The translations under genes and the position numbers were made by a program. 64,000 nt of DNA, taken from assembly GCA_934101795.1 (NCBI GenBank), contig CAKORY010000004.1, forward strand, positions 18,468 to 82,467, written 5' to 3'. Of this stretch, positions 40,911 through 49,208 are shown in pieces. The stretch is from an uncultured Bacilli bacterium (GTDB taxonomy: Bacteria; Bacillota_I; Bacilli_A; RF39; UBA660). The notes under the pieces were generated by a model, which was not told the origin of the DNA, searched no databases, and was given only the letters and a program-made list of their open reading frames with translations. Numbering within the stretch: the stretch's first letter is position 1; every line of letters starts with the position of its first letter.

Positions 40911-41918
40911 TTAACTATTTAAAAGATAATCTACAGCTTCATCAAAGTTTTTCACACTTTTTAAAACTAGTTGCAAATTAAATTCATTTTTTACTTTTAA
41001 TGCTTCTTCATAGTTTTCTTCTGGACAAAGAAATATATCTGCTTTCTTTTTTGCTGCTCCAAGCATTTTATATTTAACACCATCAATAGCACCAACAGTG
41101 CCATCTAAAGAAATTGTACCAGTACCAACAATTTTTCTTCCTTTTGTTAAATCTTCTTTTACTATATCGTTGTAAATAGCTAATGTGAGCATTAAACCTC
41201 CACTAGAACCTGATTCACTAGCTTTGGTTTTGATTTTAATATCTGGATTTGTGTCATATTCATAAGTAGTTAAAAATCCTATACCTATTTTCTTTTCTCC
41301 TTCATTTTCTGAGATAATAGCATAACAATTCTTTTCTTTATTATTTCTTTTTACAACAATATTTATTTTATCACCAATATTTTTATTATTAATAATGCCT
41401 TTTAAATCATCAATTGTTTCAATCTCTTTACCATCAGCTTTCAAAAATTCATCTTGAAGCTTTACATCTGTCTTAGCAAAATCTGCAATAAATGTAACAT
41501 TATTTATGCTTTTAGTAATTTTTACTTCTTTACCAGCTTTATTATACGCTAGAATAGTGGCATTATTAACAGATGAAGTCATATATATTCTCTCTAACTT
41601 TAATAGTTCATCAATGGATTCATCATTTATAGTTACATCCTCATTTTTTTTAAGATCCCAGTTAGGAATAACATAAGAAAGTAAAATACTAGGAATTGTT
41701 CCTTTTCGCATCGAAACATAACTCATATTAAGACTTCCATTTTTGTCATATCCATTTTCAACATCTATTCTTTCATTTAAATTAACAAGACCTCCGGGTG
41801 TATAAACTACATAAGGAAACTCAAACGTAAAAACAAATATTAAAATTGTTAAACAAATTAAAAATCTTATATTTTCTAAAATAAATAATTTAACTTTGTC
41901 ATATATTTTATTAAACAA
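40911..41918 (-). CDS. YlbL/SepM-family Lon-like S16 serine protease with PDZ domain
   Basis: 335 aa. N-terminal TM, a PDZ-like middle region, and a C-terminal Lon protease domain with catalytic-Ser region ESGSSGGLMLTLAIY and Lys region GAAKKKADIFLCP. Confidence 0.7.
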   Translation of the reverse strand: MFNKIYDKVKLFILENIRFLICLTILIFVFTFEFPYVVYTPGGLVNLNERIDVENGYDKNGSLNMSYVSMRKGTIPSILLSYVIPNWDLKKNEDVTINDESIDELLKLERIYMTSSVNNATILAYNKAGKEVKITKSINNVTFIADFAKTDVKLQDEFLKADGKEIETIDDLKGIINNKNIGDKINIVVKRNNKEKNCYAIISENEGEKKIGIGFLTTYEYDTNPDIKIKTKASESGSSGGLMLTLAIYNDIVKEDLTKGRKIVGTGTISLDGTVGAIDGVKYKMLGAAKKKADIFLCPEENYEEALKVKNEFNLQLVLKSVKNFDEAVDYLLNS

Positions 41919-41960
41919 ATTGCATCACCTTTATTAATTATAGCAAAAAAGGAAGAGAAT

Positions 41961-42797
41961 ATGAAACGAAAAATAACTATTTTACTTATTATGACATTTA
42001 TTATACTAATTTTTAATAATTATGATATTGTTTTGAAAAGTACTTTGGATGCTACCACTATATGGCTTAATAGGGTTTTTCCAAATCTTTTTATAATGAT
42101 TATTATTCAAGACTTATTAATTAATTTAGATTTTGCATCATTTTTTAAAAATACTGCTGTTTACATTTTTATTATGTCTCTTTTAAGTGGAACACCTTCT
42201 GGAACATATATTATTTCTAAATTAAAACAGCAAAATATAATTAGTAAAGAATATGCTAATACTTGTTTGATTTTTACATTTTTTGCTAATCCATTATTTT
42301 TATATTCTATATTAAATTCTATATTCTTAAGTAAATTTATAACTATTAGATTAATGTTAATTTTATATTTAACAAATCTTTTCTTGTATTTTATATATAA
42401 AAAAGATTTACCATCAAATGGTAAATCTATAAATGCTAATGAAATTAATTTATCTTCTTCAATTAAAACTAGTATAAATACCACTATTACTGTTCTTGGA
42501 GTTATAACATTTTACCTTATATTATCAAATATTATAATTACTGAATTTAATATTATTTATCCATTTAATATTTTCTTTAAAGGATTTTTAGAAATGACTC
42601 AAGGGCTGGCAGCACTAATTAATGCTAATATAAAGTTCAAAGAAATTATATCAATGATATTTATATCTTTTGGGGGTTTTTCTATTCATACTCAAGTTTC
42701 ATGTATCTTAAATGAGGCTGATTTATCATACAAATACTTTTTTAAAGGTAGGATAATACAAACTATTTTAGTGGTTTTGCTAACAATTATAACCTAG
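41961..42797 (+). CDS. YlbJ-like sporulation integral membrane protein (nucleoside-recognition/Gate domain-like)
   Basis: 278 aa, 7-8 TM. Divergent from the ylbL-like gene, as in the Bacillus ylbJ-ylbL neighbourhood. Assigned by context plus a weak motif (GFLEMTQGLAAL). Confidence 0.4.
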   Translation: MKRKITILLIMTFIILIFNNYDIVLKSTLDATTIWLNRVFPNLFIMIIIQDLLINLDFASFFKNTAVYIFIMSLLSGTPSGTYIISKLKQQNIISKEYANTCLIFTFFANPLFLYSILNSIFLSKFITIRLMLILYLTNLFLYFIYKKDLPSNGKSINANEINLSSSIKTSINTTITVLGVITFYLILSNIIITEFNIIYPFNIFFKGFLEMTQGLAALINANIKFKEIISMIFISFGGFSIHTQVSCILNEADLSYKYFFKGRIIQTILVVLLTIIT

Positions 42798-43355
42798 ACA
42801 AGTAATATTTTTGTTAAAATCTTGTGATTTACCAATATAACTTATTAAAATATCATCTAATAAATTATTATTTCCAAATTTATTTTTATCATTTGTTGTG
42901 TGCACTTCAATATCTATTTGTAATGTATATATTCTTTTATTTACTTCATTTATTTTATCATCACTATAGCTTACATTTGCTTTTTTTGTATATATTTTTC
43001 CTCCATCTATTGTCCAATTTCGTGTGCTATTACTTGAACTTTTATAAGTAAATTTGTTTTCAGTTGCATCTATAATACTAGTTTTATTATTTTTAAAAGT
43101 AAATTTTATTTTTAAATTATTACTCGTAGAACCTGTACTATCAATATCAGTTATAACATTGTTATTTAAATCATTTTCTATCATTCTTAATATTTCTGCT
43201 CTGTTAATTTGATTGTCTTTGGCATATACATTATTTGTTTCTGTATTATTTAAATCTACTAAAAGTCTCATTAGAAAGATTAAAATAATAGATATTAATG
43301 CAATACTTATTACAAGTTCTAAAAGTGTACTTCCTCTTTTATTCATTTTTTTCAT
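42780..43355 (-). CDS. prepilin-type pseudopilin / minor pilin
   Basis: MKKMNKRGSTLLELVISIALISIILIF: a G|STLLE class III signal. 191 aa. Confidence 0.65.
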   Translation of the reverse strand: MKKMNKRGSTLLELVISIALISIILIFLMRLLVDLNNTETNNVYAKDNQINRAEILRMIENDLNNNVITDIDSTGSTSNNLKIKFTFKNNKTSIIDATENKFTYKSSSNSTRNWTIDGGKIYTKKANVSYSDDKINEVNKRIYTLQIDIEVHTTNDKNKFGNNNLLDDILISYIGKSQDFNKNITCLGYNC

Positions 43356-43358
43356 AAA

Positions 43359-44201
43359 TTACCCCACTATATATGGATCAGCATTTGTGCCAGTCCCACT
43401 TAAATATCTAACACTTCCCTTTAGGTAAAATGTTGGTTTAATATTTTTATTATTGCTTGCAATATCAGTATCTATAGTACCATCATTTTTTAGATAATAA
43501 CTATATACTAAATTACTATTTGTTCTTGTTATAAACCACATATTACTTGTAAAAAGCCAGTTATTTTGATTTTTTACTGTTTCATCATATATGCTTTCAT
43601 TACCTGCATAAATATAATCACTTATATATGGTAAACCTATCTTTTGAATAGTGGTAACACCATTATTTTTTTTATCTCCGATTTCATAATTAATTATTTC
43701 TTTACCAGGTTTAGTTTTAAAAGAATTATCTAAACCACCAACATACCATGTGGTAGTTTCTATTAATTCAATATTATCTCCTAGGTTATTTATAAATTCA
43801 GTATTTAAATAAGAACTTACTGATGATTCTTCATAGTTATTTGAACTTTTGCTATCAAAGGCTACATTTATAATACTATCATTTTTTATTAGTTTTACTT
43901 TACCATCAATTACTCCGATTATTCGATATGTTTCATTATTAAACTTAATATAATTATTGGGGTTACTTCCATTAAACCTATATGTATTATCTATTTTTAA
44001 CATATTTATTTCTTCATATCTATTAATAAGATAATTAGCAAAATTAGTATCACTTATCTCATTTTTTATTGTTTTCTTCATATTATTTAAAAGATTTCTA
44101 CTTGTAACCATATTAACTATTATAAACATCATTAGAGTTAAGAATACTAGGAAAAATGAATAAATTACTGTTACGGATATAAAACCTTTGCTATTTTTCA
44201 T
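43359..44201 (-). CDS. pilin-like protein with the C-terminal domain shared with the two large surface proteins
   Basis: 280 aa. N-terminal KGFISVTVIYSFFLVFLTLMMFII (G|F, no Glu5). C-terminal YRIIGV.DGKVKLIK, TTWYVGG, ISDYIYA, ...KPTFYLKGSVRYLSGTGTNADPYIVG. RBS AAGGAGG. Confidence 0.55.
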   Translation of the reverse strand: MKNSKGFISVTVIYSFFLVFLTLMMFIIVNMVTSRNLLNNMKKTIKNEISDTNFANYLINRYEEINMLKIDNTYRFNGSNPNNYIKFNNETYRIIGVIDGKVKLIKNDSIINVAFDSKSSNNYEESSVSSYLNTEFINNLGDNIELIETTTWYVGGLDNSFKTKPGKEIINYEIGDKKNNGVTTIQKIGLPYISDYIYAGNESIYDETVKNQNNWLFTSNMWFITRTNSNLVYSYYLKNDGTIDTDIASNNKNIKPTFYLKGSVRYLSGTGTNADPYIVG

Positions 44202-44273
44202 AATTGCCTCCTTATTTTATTATTATTGGATCAGATTTAGTACCATTTCCAGATGCATAAGTTATGGAAGAGA

Positions 44274-44906
44274 TTAAATTGAAGCTTGTGTTTTTCCATA
44301 CATACCGACTGAAGCATAATATGTTTGACATCTTTTATCCATTCCTGGAGTGCACTTAATAATATCTCTTTCTTTATTTTTATTTTCTTCCGTTGTATCT
44401 TCAAGTTTATTTGCATATTCAATAACTAAATAGTAATCATACTTTGTATCACTTAAAGAATTAACATATTTTTGCATATTATAACTTAAATTATTTATTG
44501 ATGATTTACAATATTTTTCAGTGCCTTCATAACAGTTATCAAACATTTCACTTTTTACCAATATCATTTGATTTATTTTGAAACTTTTAACTATTTCTTC
44601 TAGAGAGTATATTCTGTTATCAGCTTTTTCTACTTCGTTAAATAATGCATCAAAACCTGTTCCTAAAGTAACTATATATGTATCATTAAAATAATTTTTC
44701 TTTACGTTTTCTATGTCACTATATTCTTCTAGAAATTTTCTAACATAATTTGTATAATAAATATAAGCTGGATCATCATAATATAATCTTACTTTTTCAT
44801 CACTTATTATGGCATTGTAGGTACTATAAAGATATAAAAGTGATGCAGATAGTATTACTACAGTTATAATTGTTTCCACAAAAGCAAACCCTTTTTTACT
44901 TCTCAT
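44274..44906 (-). CDS. prepilin-type pilin, apparently 3'-truncated by a frameshift in an A5 tract (full-length frame would end at ~44213)
   Basis: MRSKKGFAFVETIITVVILS: a G|FAFVE class III signal. The -1 reading frame after GGAAAAACA encodes NTSFNLISSITYASGNGTKSDPIIIK*. This matches the family's C-terminal motif and ends right at the next gene's RBS. Confidence 0.6.
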   Translation of the reverse strand: MRSKKGFAFVETIITVVILSASLLYLYSTYNAIISDEKVRLYYDDPAYIYYTNYVRKFLEEYSDIENVKKNYFNDTYIVTLGTGFDALFNEVEKADNRIYSLEEIVKSFKINQMILVKSEMFDNCYEGTEKYCKSSINNLSYNMQKYVNSLSDTKYDYYLVIEYANKLEDTTEENKNKERDIIKCTPGMDKRCQTYYASVGMYGKTQASI

Positions 44907-44988
44907 TTTATCACTTACCTTACTATATATAGTTTATCAAAACCTAAACAAAAAATCAACCTATATAGATTGATTTTTGTGTTAGCCA

Positions 44989-46659
44989 CTAGTTTATACG
45001 AATTGGTGAATTTTGAGTTCCATCGCCTTCGACATAAGTTACGGAAGGTAAAAGATTGAAGACTGGCCGAACAGCATACGTATCAGAGTCAACATAGCAG
45101 TCGTTGTCGGTGATGTTGCCGGTGTAATTCACAAAATTCCCATGGTCATCCCAGTCCGCATTACGGGTAATTGTCCATTCTACTAGCCCCATATACATCC
45201 AATTGACACTTGTGGCAGCTCTATAATCTTTTGATGCATCATCATTATAACTTTCTAATGTCCACTTATCTTGTGGTGTTGCATACATATAGTCACTTAC
45301 ATACATTAAGCCTATTTTTGCACTATATTCTGTTTCTGAAGAGTATTCACCAGATTCTGGTTTTACCACTTCATTTTGGTATGCATTTTTGGCTATTCCT
45401 CCAGCCAAATACTCCAAGTTCACCCCTCCAACCTTCCATGTTGTTTCTGCTATTTTAGCTGCCCAGTCATCTCCTATTTTTGTTATGAAGTTAGTATTTA
45501 AATTTGTTTTATTTAAATTTGATAAACTCCATATATTTTGACCAGACTTATTCCAATTATATGCTGCTATATTAGCTAAATTGTTTCCTTTATAATTGGT
45601 ATTATCCCAATCATATGAAGGATCAGAAGTAACAGTTGTATATTTATCTCCATAATCTCCATCGGTACCTAATAATGCACTTGTTGCATAATCTGATTTG
45701 ATTAGTTTTACTTTACCTCCAAATACTCCGATTATTCTATATAGATTATCAGCTGGGCATGGCGTTGCATTACTTCCAAAACATACATAATTATTTACTT
45801 GATCACTTGCTCCAGCAAATCTGTACGAATTATCTTCAGCATCTAAAACAGTTCCAACAGGATATGTTTTTATTTCATGTTCATGTGTTTCTTGATTAAA
45901 AAATTCAAATTTAAATTCAGAAGCACTTTTGATTGTACCATTGTGATGATAGATGCCATTTTCTCCTTGAGTACCTGTATATAATGATTTTACATAATCC
46001 GTTAATAGGTTTATTTTTTCTTTTTGTATCATAACCTTTGCACTTAATCCACTTGATGCATTAGCTGTTTGATCTCCTTCATAGTTTACAAATGTAAGCT
46101 TTAGTGTATATTGTTCTTCTTTTGCATCTGTTGTTGCTGTTATTGTTTTCTTATTTGCTATAGTTATTAAACCATTTGTTGTTGTAACATCAAAACCTGA
46201 TATACTTTTGTTTTCTCTATCTTGAACTACTTTATGAGTTAGTCCTGATATTTCTGTTACTTCATTTCCATCTGGTCCTGTAACTGTTAATATAAGTTCT
46301 GGTTTATCTTCACCTAATGTATATTTGAATGTATTGTTTTCAATATTAAAATATACATAATAGTTATCTGTTGCTTCATTTGTCTTATTATTTGCAACTA
46401 ATGTTGCTTTAGCAAATGTTTCTCCAGATAAACTTCCCTTTTCTTGACCAAATGATGATTGGTCTGCATATAAACTTATAGCACTACCTGTTGTAAATGT
46501 AAGCATATCTGTTGTATATGTTGTAACCTTAACCTCCGTAGAACTTGATGCTCCCCCTTGTGCTTTAAAATATGCAAATGTTGCACCAACTACTAAAGTA
46601 ATTAATGTAACAACTGCAACTATACTAAGAATTAATGCTTGTTTTTTATTTTTTTCCAT
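44989..46659 (-). CDS. membrane-anchored surface protein, paralog of 15012-16604
   Basis: About 556 aa starting at MEKNKKQALILSIVAVVTL (ATG 46659). The track's longer ORF begins upstream by translating the poly-T tract as FFFFFF. C-terminal ...AVRPVFNLLPSVTYVEGDGTQNSPIRIN. Confidence 0.65.
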   Translation of the reverse strand: MEKNKKQALILSIVAVVTLITLVVGATFAYFKAQGGASSSTEVKVTTYTTDMLTFTTGSAISLYADQSSFGQEKGSLSGETFAKATLVANNKTNEATDNYYVYFNIENNTFKYTLGEDKPELILTVTGPDGNEVTEISGLTHKVVQDRENKSISGFDVTTTNGLITIANKKTITATTDAKEEQYTLKLTFVNYEGDQTANASSGLSAKVMIQKEKINLLTDYVKSLYTGTQGENGIYHHNGTIKSASEFKFEFFNQETHEHEIKTYPVGTVLDAEDNSYRFAGASDQVNNYVCFGSNATPCPADNLYRIIGVFGGKVKLIKSDYATSALLGTDGDYGDKYTTVTSDPSYDWDNTNYKGNNLANIAAYNWNKSGQNIWSLSNLNKTNLNTNFITKIGDDWAAKIAETTWKVGGVNLEYLAGGIAKNAYQNEVVKPESGEYSSETEYSAKIGLMYVSDYMYATPQDKWTLESYNDDASKDYRAATSVNWMYMGLVEWTITRNADWDDHGNFVNYTGNITDNDCYVDSDTYAVRPVFNLLPSVTYVEGDGTQNSPIRIN

Positions 46660-46728
46660 ACATACCACGTCCTTTTTAACTAACAAACTCACGCATAATA
46701 TTCTTACGTTACTATATAAGTATACCTG

Positions 46729-46747
46729 AAAAAAAAAAAAAAAAAAA
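46729..46747. repeat. homopolymeric A19 (T19 on the minus strand) ~70 nt upstream of the surface-protein start codon
   Basis: Counted directly. It is the longest homopolymer in the window by far. Confidence 0.9.
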
Positions 46748-46831
46748 GCATCACATTTACACATTTTATAAAATTGTACACAAAAAAACCATTACAATAT
46801 TTTTTTCATATAATAAATATAGGTGATTACT

Positions 46832-47011
46832 CATGAAGTGTAATGGTCCTCGTAATGGTTTAACTATTATAATTTTATTTATACTCGGAGTATTAATTTT
46901 TTATCAAGCACTAATTACTTTAATACTCCCCTTTAGATTTAATATTTTTATTTTACTTTTAGAAATATCTTTATTTTTCTTCTTCATCATGCGTATTATA
47001 TGGCCTTATTA
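46832..47011 (+). CDS. possible small hydrophobic protein (59 aa), below the ORF-track length threshold
   Basis: ATG preceded by RBS AGGTGA at 6 nt. MKCNGPRNGLTIIILFILGVLIFYQALITLILPF... with two predicted TM helices. Overlaps the 3' end of the convergent gene by ~40 nt. Confidence 0.3.
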
Positions 47012-47858
47012 ATTCTTCAGTTTTAAAAACATAATCAATTAAATTACTTACATTTTGACATCTTTCAAATTCATTATTACTCTTTTTACTTTCTGGTGGC
47101 AGAGTTATTAAAATAAATAATAATTTCTTTTCATAATCAAGTAAAGGAAACTTATACATATATCTTGATAATATTTCACTAAATTCTATATTATTCCATT
47201 CTTTTTTATAAAGTTTAGCTATATCTATAACAGGTGTATCTATTATATAATTATCCCAGCTTATAAGTTTATTGTCTCTTAAATGATTAAGTTCTAAATT
47301 ATTATGTAAAGTTGCTACCCTGATTTTATTTTCATTTGTAACCAAAGAGTACCAATCATCTAATTCTTCTAAAGCATACTTTAGTGATGCATCAAGTTTA
47401 TAATAATTTCTTAAAAACAAATAATTTGATGGTGACTCATAATCTTCATTAAAACCAATTTCATATAAAGTATTATAATAACTTGTTAAATAATTAATAT
47501 TACTTTTAATATTTTCATATATAGTTTTAAATTTATCATTACTTACTTCCTTAAAATAGCTAGTTTTATTATGTAAACTAGCTATTAATTCTATTAAATC
47601 TTCGCATTTTTGTTCTTTAGGTAGTTTTGTATCTTCAACATACTCAAAGACATTAACTTCATCTCTGGATGCATCAATAATCTTAGGAAAGTTTATAAAT
47701 CCACGATTAGTTAGATAATTATATAATTCATTTATATCTTTATTCTTAGGTTTTATTATAAAATCTCCACTGGTAGTTTCTAAAATAGTGGTTTTACCTT
47801 TAATTGTATATCTATATGGCTTATAAATAGCTTTTAGCATTTCTAAACTTTTATTCAT
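46971..47858 (-). CDS. CotS/YsxE-like kinase-fold spore coat-associated protein (catalytic motif degenerate)
   Basis: 295 aa with an APH/CotS-like layout. The catalytic loop reads LHNNLELNHL instead of HGDLHxxN. Lies immediately downstream of a SpoVID-like gene, as with Bacillus spoVID-ysxE. Confidence 0.45.
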   Translation of the reverse strand: MNKSLEMLKAIYKPYRYTIKGKTTILETTSGDFIIKPKNKDINELYNYLTNRGFINFPKIIDASRDEVNVFEYVEDTKLPKEQKCEDLIELIASLHNKTSYFKEVSNDKFKTIYENIKSNINYLTSYYNTLYEIGFNEDYESPSNYLFLRNYYKLDASLKYALEELDDWYSLVTNENKIRVATLHNNLELNHLRDNKLISWDNYIIDTPVIDIAKLYKKEWNNIEFSEILSRYMYKFPLLDYEKKLLFILITLPPESKKSNNEFERCQNVSNLIDYVFKTEELIRPYNTHDEEEK

Positions 47859-48498
47859 TTATTTCAGGTATTATAATTTTATCCCCAAGAGTTAGTGTAC
47901 TTAAATCATTATATTCACCAAGTATTGCATCTGAGGTATTATATTTTAAACATATACTTTCTATTGTATCAGTTTCTTTCATTTCATGGATATGATAAGT
48001 TACATATACATCATCACTATCATTAATATTATTTAAAATAGTATCTTTAGTTTCTTCAGTTATATCTCTTTCTTCTTTTACTTCTTCTTTAGGTTCTTCT
48101 ACTTCTCTATCTATTTCATCAAGTAAATTGTCGAGTGTTGGTTCTTCTACTTGCTTAAATAAAGGTTCTTCTTCCTTTACTTCATCGGCATTAATACTAT
48201 ATTCAATATTTACTCTGAGTGTATCATTATCAATAACTTCATAAGTAAAATCTTGTACTTCAAAATTAACACTATTTGTATCAATTTTATTTGTCATATT
48301 AACTGAAAATGGTAAAACATATTCAAAATGTTCTTTATTAACACTTACTTCATGTGTTTTATATTCCCCGGATATTGTAAAATTACCTAAAACCTCTGTT
48401 TCATTTGCTGTATAATCATGTTCAAGTGAAACACTTAAAATTTCTGCAATATTACTTTTAAATTTAACATCTTTTGTAAATGGTATAATACAATTCAT
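47851..48498 (-). CDS. SpoVID-like protein (SpoVID N-domain + acidic linker + C-terminal LysM)
   Basis: C-terminal LysM (YVTYHIHEMKETDTIESICLKYNTSDAILGEYNDLSTLTLGDKIIIP). The N-terminal pattern resembles SpoVID (..AEILSVSLEHDY...GNFTISGEY). Confidence 0.55.
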   Translation of the reverse strand: MNCIIPFTKDVKFKSNIAEILSVSLEHDYTANETEVLGNFTISGEYKTHEVSVNKEHFEYVLPFSVNMTNKIDTNSVNFEVQDFTYEVIDNDTLRVNIEYSINADEVKEEEPLFKQVEEPTLDNLLDEIDREVEEPKEEVKEERDITEETKDTILNNINDSDDVYVTYHIHEMKETDTIESICLKYNTSDAILGEYNDLSTLTLGDKIIIPEINE

Positions 48499-48548
48499 AT
48501 CATTTCCTCCCTTTATAAAAAGAATATGCTAAATAAAAAAAGTTAGAA

Positions 48549-49208
48549 CTAGATATGAAATCTTCTTTCTAACTCTTCTTTTATTTGTTTTATATCAAAT
48601 ACAAATAAAAATACTAAAATAATTATACTTAATATAACAGAGATATAACTTGGCCAATATACATTTATTTTATTAAACATAATGAGTATACCTGGAGTTA
48701 AACCTATGATAGAATTAATCATAGCATAGAATACAAATTCTTTTTTAAGTTTGCTTTTAAATGGTAATATTATTAAAATACTTATCATATATAATACACA
48801 TAAAAAGGGTAAACAATAATTTATACTCCACATCTTAAATCCAGTTGATTTATCCCATAAATAAGATAAAAGTAAAATAGTAATCATTTCTAAAAATAGC
48901 ATTCTTATAAAGTTTTTTCTTCCCTTTATAGCTTCAATTAAAGTAATCCAAAAACTAACAATTGCTAAAATTACAAAATAAGCCCAACTAATTTTATTAC
49001 TTATTGAAAAATTTATAAAAAGACATATAAATATAGCTATTAAAGAACATGCAAATAATAATTTAATAAATAAATTGTGTTTTTTATAATCAAAATTAGG
49101 TATTGGAAAAACATCTATTCCTTCATTTTTTTCTAAAGGATTATGACAAAGAGGACATTTACTAACACTTGTATTAATATATACATTACATTTATGGCAT
49201 TTAATCAT
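48549..49208 (-). CDS. zinc-ribbon membrane protein (hypothetical)
   Basis: N-terminal CHKC-x13-CPLC Cys4 ribbon followed by 4-5 TM helices. Preferred start is the ATG at 49208 (RBS GGAAGGTGA), which overlaps the upstream stop (ATGATTAA). The track start at 49244 is less likely. Confidence 0.5.
   Translation of the reverse strand: MIKCHKCNVYINTSVSKCPLCHNPLEKNEGIDVFPIPNFDYKKHNLFIKLLFACSLIAIFICLFINFSISNKISWAYFVILAIVSFWITLIEAIKGRKNFIRMLFLEMITILLLSYLWDKSTGFKMWSINYCLPFLCVLYMISILIILPFKSKLKKEFVFYAMINSIIGLTPGILIMFNKINVYWPSYISVILSIIILVFLFVFDIKQIKEELERRFHI

Noticed and set aside
44237-44422. 61-aa ORF (MNMQINLK...) at the 3' end of the prepilin gene
   Set aside because: Alternative-frame artefact of the same region. 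The meaningful alternative frame is the one encoding the ...SITYASGNGTKSDPIIIK family motif (see frameshift finding).
33171-45458. Antisense ORFs 33171-33419, 34053-34298, 34760-34972, 38832-39095, 39728-39946, 40072-40401, 42161-42484, 42824-43051, 43213-43428, 45210-45458
   Set aside because: Embedded in or antisense to the NAGPA-like gene, miaA, comEC, comEA, the ylbJ-like gene and the pilin genes. Typical AT-rich antisense artefacts.
46660-46764. ORF-track N-terminal extension MCKCDAFFFFFFQVYLYSN... of the 591-aa ORF
   Set aside because: It is produced by translating the T19 promoter tract. The ATG at 46659 (MEKNKKQ..., followed by signal anchor) is the credible start.
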